This document shows, one piece after another, positions 11,911 through 24,400 of a stretch of 64,000 nt of DNA (the stretch's first letter is position 1; every line of letters begins with the position of its first letter). Position numbers and translations under genes: made by a program. Under the pieces are notes generated by a model that did not search any database, was not told the origin of the DNA, and worked only from the letters and a program-made list of their open reading frames with translations. The DNA comes from Yuukianura sp. NJ FZ-2021 (Eukaryota): positions 124,001 through 188,000 of the forward strand of contig CM102285.1 of assembly GCA_046563655.1 (NCBI GenBank), written 5' to 3'.

Positions 11911-12837
11911 ATGGAGCAACAAAGGGAGTTTGTTTGGACAACTAGAGTTTATCGGTACTTTATCAGTTCTGAAAATCGAAGAATTCGCTGGACTGTGTGT
12001 TCCCTTATTGTGTTCCTTGTCCCTATCCTATTCTGCATTCATACATTGGTGGAGTTCGATACACCGGTGAAATCGGATAAACGGGTAAAATCCGAAAGTC
12101 CGTCGCAAAGTCCTTCTCCTTACTACAAAAGCTTCCTAGCTACTGCCATTCTGGTGTTGGGAGCCGTTGTTGCCTGTTTAATTGGAAGGCTGTTGGACGG
12201 TAAACGATTTTTTTTTCAATTTATATACTCCAATTTGCAATTAGGATAACAATCGTAAATCTGGTTAGGAGTAAGGTTCAGGGTGGCAATTGTAACACCC
12301 GGTTGTAACACCGGATTGTAAAACCCAATTGTAATACCCATATTAGTTGCTTTATATAGGCTAGGTTAGGCATTGGTTAAAGATTAATACGAGTTTGATT
12401 CAAGACTATGTAAAACTGTACAATCGGGTATTACTGCAACTAGGGTGCTAGTTAATTAGTTAGGGTGTACACATTACCACCGTCAACCTTACTCCAGCCT
12501 AAATCTCAATTTTGGAAATATTTTGTTTATGCTGCTTTCGAAAGTCGAGAACGTAAACGTGAGTTAATAAGAAAAAAAATTAACCGGGTAAAGTTACCTA
12601 TAATACATTAATGCGTTTTTTTTTTAACTTTCAGAGATATTTGTGCGCCCACCACCTGAGACATCCGCGCCGCCGCCTGTTCCGTCATTAGAAAGACCTC
12701 AAATCGTCCATGTCATTTGTCCAAGTGAGATTCACGACCATTACATTCTGTATTCGGACGGGACTCAGGAGGTGTATCCGGAAACCAGACCTCGAACAGT
12801 GCACGATGTTCTTGCCGAAAGGAGGAGAAGGAGGTAG
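11911..12837 (+). CDS. Orphan two-TM protein (~163 aa) with Pro-rich and Arg-rich tail. Exons 11911-12199, 12635-12837
   Basis: TM segments WTVCSLIVFLVPILFCIHTLV and FLATAILVLGAVVACLIG; a phase-1 splice gives LLD-E-IFVRPPPET..RRRRR*. Confidence 0.55.
12263..12499. mobile_element. MITE with GG-terminal TIRs and TAAATCT direct flanks
   Basis: GGTTAGGAGTAAGGTTCAGGGTGG vs CCACCGTCAACCTTACTCCAGCC; TAAATCT at 12256-12262 and 12500-12506; internal TTGTAACACCC repeats. Confidence 0.75.
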
Positions 12838-15800
12838 ACCAACATCAGGTCCCCGAAATTCTGGTGATGGACCTGCATTATCAACTCGTGCACGATCTGG
12901 ATCCAAGAACAGAGATACTACTCCATTTCCGTCATTAGGCTCATCCGGCTCATCATCATCAGTTACTTCCTCTACTAAGTCGGCAGTATCCGCCTCATCC
13001 CAACAATCATTGGATGGAACTCCATCAGGAACCAACAGAGACATCACAGTCCTTTACTCCCAAAAACAACGACAGTGCAGTCATACGGAACCCTGTGACT
13101 GTGCGGAAGTGGCCGAAAATAAGTTTTATTTTGTGACTCCGGACAGAAGAAGCGAAAAAGTGTCCACTCTCATGAAATTGGTCTTTGAGGTAAAGTTTAA
13201 TTTAAGTGTTTTAGTCATTAGTAATTGAGAATCTTAACTAATTGATTAAAATCACTTGTTGGTTTATACTAGGCCTGCGTCGATCGAGAAATCAGCGTGG
13301 TATGGATCACCGAACGTGAAGTTGTTCAACTCGACTTTGAGAAAGGAGTTATCTTTGTCTTTGATCACTTTACCGGTCCAGGATTCGCTCATCTCGAGGC
13401 CAAACTACTCAAGCATCAAAATTTCATGTCAGTCTCAGTATCTCAGTCCAGACTTGCATCGCTTTATCCACTTACCGACTAACCGCTTATATCTTATCCA
13501 TTTACCGACTGACTGCTTATCTCCTATCCACTTATCCAGTTTCCGCTTATCTATTTGCTAAATATGATACACAATATGATACGATATATTATATGTCACA
13601 TATTATATGATATGAACATTCATTATTTGCTGTTTTTAGGATCATTGGACCGAACGTGCTGAGATACATGTTTGAGCGCAACGTGCCAGAATTTTTCAAG
13701 TGCACGGGATTTCCTATCTACACCCTTGCCATGATGAGTGTCGTTGTGACCACTACAGGCATGCGGGAGGTGAGACTGCTTCAAAATTCAAAAAAAAAAA
13801 AATCACAGTTCTCATTCTGAAAATATTACTCATCGTGACAACATTTTGAGGTAACTTTTTTGTTCTAAATTCTACAGAATGACAGGAAGAAGGAGATGAT
13901 ATCCATGATCTACCGGATGGGTGGGAACTACGACGCAAGTTACACGAACGCCATCACACATGTCGTTGCTGCTTCAATTGACACACCTAAAGTGCGTGCT
14001 GCTGGTGCTCGGAAGATTCCAGTCATGACGCCCGAATGGGTCTTCGGAGTTTGGCAAAAGAGTCAACGCGAAATCGTCCACTCAACTGACCCAGTCTTTG
14101 CTACCTACACAATGAAGATTTTTGATGGTCTCAGTTTCACTTCATCACAAATCACTTCCAGAGAGAAACAGAAGTTGCAACAGCTGATCGAGCAGAACGG
14201 TAAGTGGTAATCGAAGTTTAAGTTAATTAACTTAATTAGATTAATCAATTGATCGATTATTTTTTGTCTTAAGGTGGGACCTACTCTCATGATTTGATTC
14301 GGAAATCGACCAAAGTGCTGATCATACCGAGAGGCGAAGGAGACAAGTTTCGTCATGCCAAGGGCTGGAAGATCCCTTGCATCCGTCCAGAATGGATCTC
14401 TGACTCATGTGATGCTGGATATGCTCTGGAAATGACCCAGTACACGGTGGACTCACTTGGCTATCCACTGTCTTCTACTCTCATCCATGGTGGCACACCT
14501 ACTAATGTCAATGGTGAGTACTTTTCAAAAAGAAATTCCATTTTTCAAAGAAATTAAAAATTTCGAATTTTATTTTTCAAAAATTTTGATTTTGGTGGTT
14601 CCGCAGACCCTCCGCCAATGAACGTCTCCTGTATCAGTGCCATTCCAATGAATTCCACTGAAATGTCACATGCCGTCAACAGTTCCTGTGTTTCTAATGA
14701 CTCCGTCGTGGTCAAAGCAGGCGCTGTCCCCCCGGAGCTCCAGCAAGTAGCCAAGCACATGCAAAACTTCTTCGAAGGAGTCAACTCTGATAGTAGTACT
14801 GACTTGGAAGCAAACGACAATGAAGAGGAAAAGGAGGAACAAGTTACCCGAATTCCTGCCAACATTCCGTCCACTCGTCCAGAGTCGTCCAATTCCGTCC
14901 TCGTCCTTCCAGATTTAGAAAAGGACGAAAGGAAAAGTGGACATGAGGAGGCAGGCAGACCCAATTCTGGATCAGCTGATCGGTCGGCCTCGGCATCTTC
15001 CGGAAATCAAGATCGGAGTGTGACGTCAGAAGGTCAATGTCATCAGGAAGATGTTCAAGTTGAAGATGATGAAGACGAAAACGAAACTGCGACGACTCCG
15101 GAAGCACCGCTGAGTGTTTTCAAAGATAAACGCTTCTTTTTGGCGCTAAATGACGATCCGGAGGCCAAGAAGAGAACGGTGGAAAGTGTGCTGGAGGTGG
15201 GTGGGATTGTGACGTACAAGTGGAGACAACAACAGTTTGATTTCATCATCACCACACCAATCCACTCCAAGGCAGAGTTTCTGAAATATCAACACTACAC
15301 GGAATACTGGCTGGTAAGACGAAACGTTTTTAAATACTTTCAAATCGGTTTTTAAAAACTAAAATCGTACTGAAAACGTAAAAACAGGAACTTCCCTTCC
15401 TCTCTTTTTAGAAGATAAGTGAATAATTTTTGTTACTTGTGCAGGAGGATTGTGCCTACGTCAATTCGACTCAATGTGAACCTGCTTTCCAGCACTTCCC
15501 ATTGTTAGAAACGGTGGAATGCAAAGGACTGTTGACTGGCTGTGTTATAGCAGTTAGTAGTTACACTTGGGCTGAAAGATCCTATCTCAACGCACTTGCT
15601 GCTTACATGGGGGCAATGTAAGAAATTCAAAAAAAAACTCTCTTTTAAAATTTTGTATTTTGAAATGTAATTTGAAAATAATTTGGAACTTTTCCTTTTT
15701 TCCGTAGCCCACAGGAAGTGTTCTCAAAGAAACAAACTTCTAAACGTGGAGAAACCATTTTAGCTGCAACTCACCTCGTTTCTAAAACTATGTGCAGCGA

Positions 15801-16632
15801 TAAGGCTGACGCTGCAGTACGCTGGAACCTCCCTGTCGTCACATGTGATTGGATTCTCAAATGTTATTCCACAAAGACACGTCTGGACACTGCCGCTTTC
15901 GTACCACTGGACAATCCCCGCAAAGACGAAGAGGAAAAGGAGAACGAAGACGACGTTTCAGTCCAGCATCTTCCAGAACCGCCAGCACTTCCGTCCAACA
16001 CATCTTCTGCTCAAGCCAGCATCAGCATCGACGCTCAACTTCAAAAGCTGCCTTCCAATCAACATGCCCGCCGTGCCTCTGATAGCGCTGATGCTGCCAG
16101 TGACAATATTAATTGCAACGGAGGAGGAATCAGTGCTCCTCAGACACCATTCTGTGCTCATCCGAGAATCGCTGCAATCGGGGGCGGAGCCAGCGCTGCA
16201 ATTGGCGGCGGAGCCAGTGCGAAGAAGCTGTCATTTGGACTGGACAGTCCCACTGGGACACAAGAGCGACCAGCAGAATCTCCTGTGTACGAGTACATTT
16301 ATCCGTCGATGGATCAAATGCTGGATGATGCTGTAGCAGCGCGAGCCATGATACCCCCGCCACCGATGCTGGACATCCCGACTCCTGAAACTCCGCAACT
16401 CCGGAGACAGTGGCACGAGCACATGCGCAATCACTGGCTCAATGGTCGCCGTACTTTCGATGATTCCCTGAGCAGCGCCAACGAGGAGGAGGAGCCAAGT
16501 CCACCGGAAACCGTGGACGACGCTGTAACTGCGGCGAAACCAAAATCACGGCGCTTGATGCTGCCAAAGAAGAATGCTAGTGCCACGGTCCTGCCCGGAA
16601 TCGACTCCAAGCGTTCAAAAAGAACAGACTGA
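12806..16632 (+). CDS. TOPBP1: Shortened TopBP1/mus101/Cut5-like BRCT scaffold (~1011 aa; alternative in-frame ATG at 12710). Exons 12806-13189, 13273-13427, 13640-13769, 13878-14199, 14274-14513, 14607-15313, 15445-15617, 15708-16632
   Basis: BRCT0 (FDHFTGPGFAHL..IIGP), BRCT1 (RMGGNY..THVVA..PVMTPEWV), BRCT2 (EQNGGTY..GDKFRHAKGWKIPCIRPEWI), BRCT4-5 (LTGCVIAVSSY..ERSYL..THLV..DKADAAVRWNLPVVTCDWI); all in phase. Confidence 0.9.
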
Positions 16633-17257
16633 TTCATTTACCTTAAGTAAAACTCGACAATATTTGGATAATGTAAAGTTAACGTAATTACTTTTTTTAC
16701 CTTTTCTTAATATTCTGCTAATTACTTCGATGCGCCATGTTGCCTTAAATTTGAGTTCCTACAAATGTACAAATTGGCCTTTATGAATTTAAAAATGAAT
16801 GACTTTCGCTCAAATCTTCCCAACATTCAAAAGAATGCCATAACATTGAATAATTTTCACCATTGTGATTTCCTACTTGAATGTCCAATTTTTGATTCAC
16901 TTTTACAATTCAAATTCTCAACTCGAAAGCCAGTTGAATAAAATCAATTTTTTACATTTTGAATTTCAGTATTCAATTTTTGAACATTTAATTTTCAGTT
17001 TTCTTTTCAATTTTTCTGTTTCTCACTCTAGTATCCATTGATTTTATCTAAAGCCAAATTAAAAAAAATGACATTTGTAACGTTTTTGTATGGTATTCTG
17101 AATTGTTTAGGCGTTGTGTATTTAATCAATTCAAACCCCGCGGGCAAAGCACCGCCCCTTTGGATTCATCCATTTCTTCCACTGGACATCCGGCTGTGGA
17201 CAAAATGACGAAAAAGTGGAATAGAATGGATAGAATTCGTTGTCGAATGCTGCCTCC

Positions 17258-17539
17258 CAAGGTTCCTTGACAACCATTTAGATTTAGTATATAGGTTGCG
17301 TAATACCTTAGTTGTTTACGAAAAAATTAGAATAACAAAAAAAAAAAACGGAGCACCAAAGGTACCAATTTTTAAAAATATAATTTTTGGTACTAATTTC
17401 CTATGCAAAATATATAAAAATCATTTATAATGCTAGGGTTACCATAACCTGAATTGCAGCTGAACTTTTTTTTGTGAAATCTAAAAAAAACACGAGTTAT
17501 TACGCAACCTATTAAACAAAATCCAGTCAACAAACCTTG
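17258..17539. mobile_element. MITE family A copy with perfect 8-bp TSD CTGCCTCC
   Basis: CAAGGTTCCTTGACAAC...AACCTTG; CTGCCTCC at 17250-17257 and 17540-17547. Confidence 0.9.
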
Positions 17540-20500
17540 CTGCCTCCTCCATACGCTATTATTTCTGCAGCATGCCAATCACCCACTTTTCCAACTTTTG
17601 GCCTTGTTTCCAGCGATATTATTTTCCCACTAAAAATGTCGTCAAAGGCTAACGATTTCTTGGTTTTCAATTTGATACAAAAGGAATGTTGGAAATGACA
17701 GAAAGACAGAAGAAGAAAAGATCACAGAGCTTCCATGTCTCTCTTCAAATTCAAACTTTACCGCTTTCTCCCAAAATAAAGTTTTTTGATGTTCCATTTC
17801 AACTTTTTTTTGAAACTTCTAAGAACGACACAATTTTTCCAAAAGATCATCCCCGTTTTGGGTCTCAAAAACGGCTCATCTTCTTAATATTTCCTAACGA
17901 CAGCCTTTGTTTGCAGTTTGAAAGAAACCAAAAAGAAATTTTGAAAGTTCGCGCCGAGTGAAATTCTTGAAAATTGGCACTATTTTTGTAACTTGAAAAA
18001 ATGGCGGTTTCTTTTGAATTTCCTTTGAACAAACCCTTATCATTCATTTCACCTCTTTCATCGCTGATCTTGTTGTTTAGAACAAAATTCCTGTTTGAAA
18101 AGCTCCTTTTTAAAAAATTAGTTTTTAAACTAAACCAAAGTTTTCTAAATTTACTTACTCGATTGAGTGCGGTGATCATCTGCAGGCTGTATGAGTTTCT
18201 GCGTTTTTCTGAAATTTTGAAAAACAGACTCAGAAAAACAAAAACAAACTTTTAATTTCCTAAATTTTTAATTTTTTAAAAAGTATTTTTGCCAGCGTCC
18301 AACCTAACGTTTACAAACAAACTTTTCGAACTTCCTAAAAACCTTGTTTGACTTAAAATTTGCTCCGGGCAAAACACAGAATTAGGTTAATTAGGTTAAG
18401 TATGCGTTAGGCTAACTTATTAAATTTTAACCCTGACACAAAAATTCAAAAATAAACTCACTTTCAAAAACAAATTCTATTTTTTTGTGTTTCATTTCAG
18501 AAAAAGCTGCTTTCGTCTTAAATTTTTCCATTTTTGAAAATTAGACCACCTTTTTACTTAGAATTTGACTTTGTTTTGCCAAACTTGACCTCTTTTCAAA
18601 ATTAGCTACGTTTTTCTCTCAAAATGTGATATTTTTTTTGGTAAAATTTGACTTTTTTTTCGAAGTTGACATTCGTTTTATATTTGCTTTTGATTGAAAT
18701 GTAAGAATCCTTTCGTGAGATTTAATTAACCCAAATGCTTTTCCGGGCAACTTGGAGCACTTTTCCAATTTTTTCGTTCTTTTCACATTTTTTCGCGCTT
18801 TTCATCTTTCTTTCATATAATGAAAGTGAGTGGAGGTGACGTTGTCACCGCCTGGGCGACATCCTACACAAAAGATGACACGGCGACATATGGGCACTCG
18901 ACCATCTTCAGATTCCATTTACAACTCATTTGATGAGTCCATTAGCCCAAATGAGATTCGGAATTGAGATGATGATATTTTTCGAAAAGAAAAAAAAACG
19001 AACAAAATTTTGAATTTTTGCCCTCCCGCCCAAAAATTTCACTTTGACTTAATTAATCTTTTCCAAAGTTTGCACAAAGCTCGTCGCTGACCTCCAGGCA
19101 ACAGTTTAGCACCGCCGTGTTTTCCAGCGGAGGCGGTAACTCTTAATTTCCTCTTCATTTTGAATTTGAACAAGGAAATTTAGTACCCGCGGGAAAAACT
19201 TTCAAATTTAAACATACACAGTGTTTGTCTCACACTTAAGCTTCAGCAGAATAATTAACATGACCTTTTGACCTTTTCAAAACCAAAAGGCGGTTAGTAA
19301 GGTCAAAGTAGCAAAGTCACATGATTTTCAAAATGGCCGGCGAAAAATGCTAAATAGCAGCATTTCTAAAGTCAGGTTCAAAATTTCCGTCTAAATCTTT
19401 AAATCGTTTTTCGTTTCATAAGAAATGCACAATAAAAGAAGAAACTTTTTTTTTTTAAAAACACACTTTTTTGTATTCCCGAGAAATCTCGGCTTTTTAG
19501 GCTTTTTTAAATTCGGCCTTTTTATTTTCTGCTCACAAAGTTTTAGAGGGATTTGCTCGATAAAAGGAAAAGTTTTAAAGGAAAAACTCCCAAAAATATT
19601 TTTAGTTTCTTCAAAAATTTATAGAATTTTGAAAGTCTTTTTACTTTTGTTTGTGGTATTGATTCATAACATTTTGACTTGAGGGAGTGTTCAAAAAGTA
19701 CTTTTCATTGTTACTCTACTTTTTGGAAAATCTTTTTTGAAAAGTGCATTTGACTTATTTGGTTGTGAAGTTGATAACTTTTGGGCTAAGAAGAATATGA
19801 AATGGTTTGTGAATATTTGAAGAGGGAAACAGATGCTGCTGTGGATTTTAGATGATTATGAACAGACTTGTGCACCGACGTTCAATTTTTGTGAAAGTTC
19901 GAACAGACTTGTGCACCGACGTTGAAAGATTTCAGGGAAGCGGAGAGTTGTGTGCATGTGACAAAGGAAGACAAAAGTGTTGACAGGCCATGCAAAATCC
20001 AATGCCTTCTGCATCCGACTTCCACGGAGAAGGTGCTGGAACTCCTCTTTTCAACCAATTCACACTTCACATTCCAAGGAAAACGGTCCAAGTTGGATCA
20101 TCTCTTGCAGGGTTAGCCAGTAACACCAAAAGCATTGACCCAGCCTGGGTCAAACGCCTTTTTAACAGGTCAACGTCCAAAAATCACTCTTTGATACAAT
20201 TCACTTTTAACTCAATTCATTCTCCTACTATGCGCAGGTTTTTCAGAATAAATGTTTTACAAATTATATTCTAATTGAGTGTCTCTTTTCATAAAAAAAA
20301 ATCACAATTTACAATTTGGTAAAATTTACAATTACAATTTGTGTGTGTGTGATTGTATTGTAAATATTATGATTTGGCAGGGTGGAACTCTATGCTCTTA
20401 GAGTGTATCTCCCTGCTAAATACTAACATATTAAGTTGAAATACTTTAGTCAACTTCAATTTACCCACAAAGTAAAACCAGTTTAAGTTACATACTTGTA

Positions 20501-21102
20501 TTTGAATAACCCACGGGTTGACCTGCACCCATCTCCGTTGACCTGCAGGGTACCGCTTAACCCTGCCTCTTTTCCTCACTCCCCCGTCTCCTTGCGGATT
20601 AAGGAGAGATGGAGAACAGTTTGTTTCAGTTCGAATTTTGGCAACTCAAGGAAAAGCGTTAGTCGGGGTAAAAAGCCAGTGAAAGTCTTCTCTCCCTCTC
20701 ATTCACTCTCCGCCTCTCGCCAATCAACATCCTCCTCAACTGCTTACAAATTTTAAAAAGTCTGCTAAAAAGTACTTTATTGCACCAAAAGTAAACAAGA
20801 CTTTTCAATTTGGCGCCTCATTTGAACCTTCCTAATTAATTTCATCCCCTCTTCAAACACACGCAACGTACACCATAAAACGGACACTAATCAAAGAGAA
20901 AGAGAAAACTCTTTTCTCTTTTCGGCGTCTCCTTTTCTCTACTCAGCATCAAACCAAAAAAACTTCAATTTGTAACAACAGCAGTTGAGAAAGTCAAAGC
21001 TTTGACCAAGAACAGCAAATTCCTTTCAAATTTTGCCCAATTTCACACGCGCCATTCTCAAACTACAGGACAAGGACAACAGAACAAATTGAAGTCATTG
21101 CC

Positions 21103-21150
21103 AGCCAATCAGAAGAGGCCATAAAAGAATTCAACCAATCAGAAGACGCC
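21103..21150 (+). promoter_or_regulatory. Tandem CCAAT boxes (CCAATCAGAAGA x2, 30 bp apart) upstream of the GPCR ATG
   Basis: CCAAT at 21105 and 21135 in an NF-Y-like context; function inferred. Confidence 0.35.
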
Positions 21151-21412
21151 GTTTGCAAATCACGAAGAAGCCGTTTGAAATCGTTGCAAATCAAGAATAC
21201 ACCAATCCAAAAATAAATTTCAAGGCGGAATTTTCAAAAATTCAAAGTCGCAAAACGTTTCTACTCAACCTTCAACGTTGTTTTTTTGTTGCTGAGAAGT
21301 TGAGAAGACGCAGGCTTCCAGAACATTCTTTTGAAAATTGTTTTTTCTAAACAAGTCTTGTTTGAAAAAGTCCATTTTTCAAAAAAAAGTTGAAAAGCGT
21401 GAGACTAAGAAG

Positions 21413-24400
21413 ATGGATGACATTGGGGAGATTAGTTATCAAGAACTGGGTAGCGTTTCTATTTTGGAAAATTGCAACAGCACAGTACTGCTGTCGAGTG
21501 AAACTGAAAATTTAACATGTCTCAACGCAACTGCAAAAAACGATACAGACACAAGAAGTCTCTTTGATTTCTACAGGGTGAGTCACTTTTTAACTTCACT
21601 TTTTTGCTATCTTAGCCTAATTAGATTTAGTTAACCTAATTGAGTCGTTAAACCAGAATGTGGTTTGGTAATTAGCAGAATGAAAATCAAAAATTATCAC
21701 AATTTATTTTTCAGATCTTAGTTCTTCAGGCTAAAATTTTTGCGGAGTTGATTTATGAACAAAATTAAAAATTTGAACTTTTTTGAAAATTTGGAAAGCT
21801 CCTAAATTTTGAACAAGGTTTAGAACAAGATATTGCTTAATTTATTTTAAAAAAAAAACAGTGTGAGGAGGCGGAGGTTTTCGAATTTTGTAAAAAATTC
21901 TAGGTTTTCACAAAATTTTGGAAATTTTTGCTGACGTAAGACAAAATGTAGTCTAGACAGACTCATTTCATGAAATTTTTTTTCAATCACCAACAGTATC
22001 GAATTTCTGTTTGAACATGGCGGGACTTTTTTTTTAGAAAACGAGTGGAAGTTAGCGGTTTCCGCTTACAAGTGGTTAATTGACAACGTGCAAACACAGC
22101 AAAAAGTGACCAAACAAAGAGGTCAAAGAGGTCAAACAAGTCAAAAAACGAAAGCAAAATGAAAATTCAAATCTTGACGGTCTTAAATTTTAGACTTTCC
22201 CTTTTAGACAAAATGTTAAAAAGAACGTGTCTAGTTTTGAATTTTGAGTCTTATGAGTTTCTTTGAATGAAAACGCAGCAAAAGTTCTAATCCATTCACT
22301 AAAATGTTTAAGTGCAAAACTCTAAACTTAAAAATGCTCGCTTCAAATTTATGTTTTAAAAAACTGTCTAAATCAAAAAAATCTAAATTTTTTGTTCGCG
22401 AGTTACTGGAGCCGAAAATCTTTTTCCATTTCCTCAAACTTTACCGGAACCGGAAACAAACCGAAACTTTCACACCTCAGACGGTAATTTCCGGTGCTCA
22501 AAGGAACTCTAACGTGTTTTTGTCACGCGCCATTTTCAAATTTCGGTCCGTTTCTCAATTATGACTAATTTTGCGCCATTTTCAAAACTCCAAGGTTTAA
22601 ACCAACTTTTATGTGAGGTTGGTTAGGTTTAGTGTGAGGTTTGGAATACAAAATGTGAATGAACTTTGTTGAAATGCATAGAATTTGAATTTCTTCGTGG
22701 GAAAATCAATTTTATGAGGGCCATTTACAAAAGTGGACACTTTTACTTAATTACCATAAGAAACACAGCTTTAAAAGCGTCCCCAGCTTTCTATTTTCTA
22801 AGAAAACAAAGGCTACTTTCTCCTTATCACAAAACTATGCATGCATGTTCCAAAAAAAAAATTTTTTTTTTAGAAAACCTTGTTTTTCTACAAAAAAAAA
22901 ACACGCAAACTGGCTTTTTTTTTAAAGAAAAGACAAAAATCCGCTTTCAATTTCTCATTTTCCTTTCTTAGGAATTGCAAAAACAAAAATAAACTTTTCC
23001 TCTGTAGATGAAAAACTTTCATTTTCTTTTTCTAAAAAACTGTTTTTTAAATGTACATTTAGAACTTTGATTAAAATTTCACAAAAAAAGCCAAAATGTA
23101 AGAAAAAGAAAGAATATTTTTTTTTGCCTTTGAAAGAAAATTAAAATTGGGCAAGAAAAGGTATGGGTAGGTCAAAAATTGAAAAACAGAAATGCGGAAA
23201 ATTAGAAAATTCAAAGACATTTTTCCTTCTTTTTGAACTTTTAGCTTATTGAGTAAAAAAAAGCAAACTGTTTTCTCTTTTTTGGTAAAATTGGAAATTG
23301 AAAAGTGTAAATTTGTAGTTTCTGGCGAAATTTAGGAATTCATTCCCCTGTGTGCGATTTTGTTTTCCATTTGGGAATTGTGGATCTGATGGGACATAAA
23401 TTAAGTGTTGTAATTACAATTTCCACTGGAATGGAGATTGTTGTGTCTCCTTTGCGGGAATAAGTGGATTGAGACACAAACAGAAGAAAAGTTTAGTAAA
23501 AAAAGAGACAAGTTTAAAAAAGGAATTTAAAAAAGAGCGGGAAATTTAAACGGCACTTAACCCAAAATGGAGCGAGAGAACGATTGCTCAGTGGGCTTGA
23601 CAGCAGAAACGGCCTCTTTTCTTATCACTTAACAAATAGCAACTGCCTCTCACTAATTCATTCCTTCCGACACTCAGCACTAACCGATTACTACCATTTC
23701 TAATCGATTTTAATCATAGATTTTATAAATATATGATATTACTCAATTAAATTGCTAGTAAATACTGCTACCAACCTAAGTATTCAGGACGTTGAGCTTT
23801 AAAAAGGTGATTTTAATCGATGAAAAATGTAAAAACTGCAAAAATTTTGACATTTCCATTTATGGATTCAAAAGATTTGTCCTTATTTAGAAAAAGATGG
23901 AACGGAATTTAAAAAAAAACGATTTTGAAAAATTTGACACAAGAAAAATTGTGATTTGAGTCTTTGTTTGGACTTTTTCTTTTGCATTGCAGCAATTTAG
24001 CACACTTTTTGTTTGAAGTCGCAAATTCGTTAACTTTTACGTTTTTTTGTTTCAGTTTCAGTTTGACTTACTTTCGTCGATAGTTTCTATTATGGTGGCC
24101 TACCCTTAGCCTAACTCCAACTTAACCTTAACCTAATGTTAGCCTAACCTTAGCCTAACTTGAAGACTAACCTAATTGTGGTTTGAGTGGTGAGATTAGA
24201 GATAGATTAGGTCCAGTGGAAGATCATTCAATTAAGCCCAGGCTTACTTTAGTACTTCTTCGGAAAAAGTAGAGATTATTCTGCTCACAAGGGAGTTGGT
24301 CAAGAGAAAACAAAACAATTTACCGTAATGCTGCAAGGGAAAGTGACAATCGATTCCACACACACGTTTCATCTAATAGTTCTCCAGAGGCCACCAGGTC

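Noticed and set aside
19860-19923. Exact 23-bp direct repeat GAACAGACTTGTGCACCGACGTT with an 18-bp spacer (CRISPR-like)
   Set aside because: Only two copies, eukaryotic context, no cas genes; a simple local duplication.
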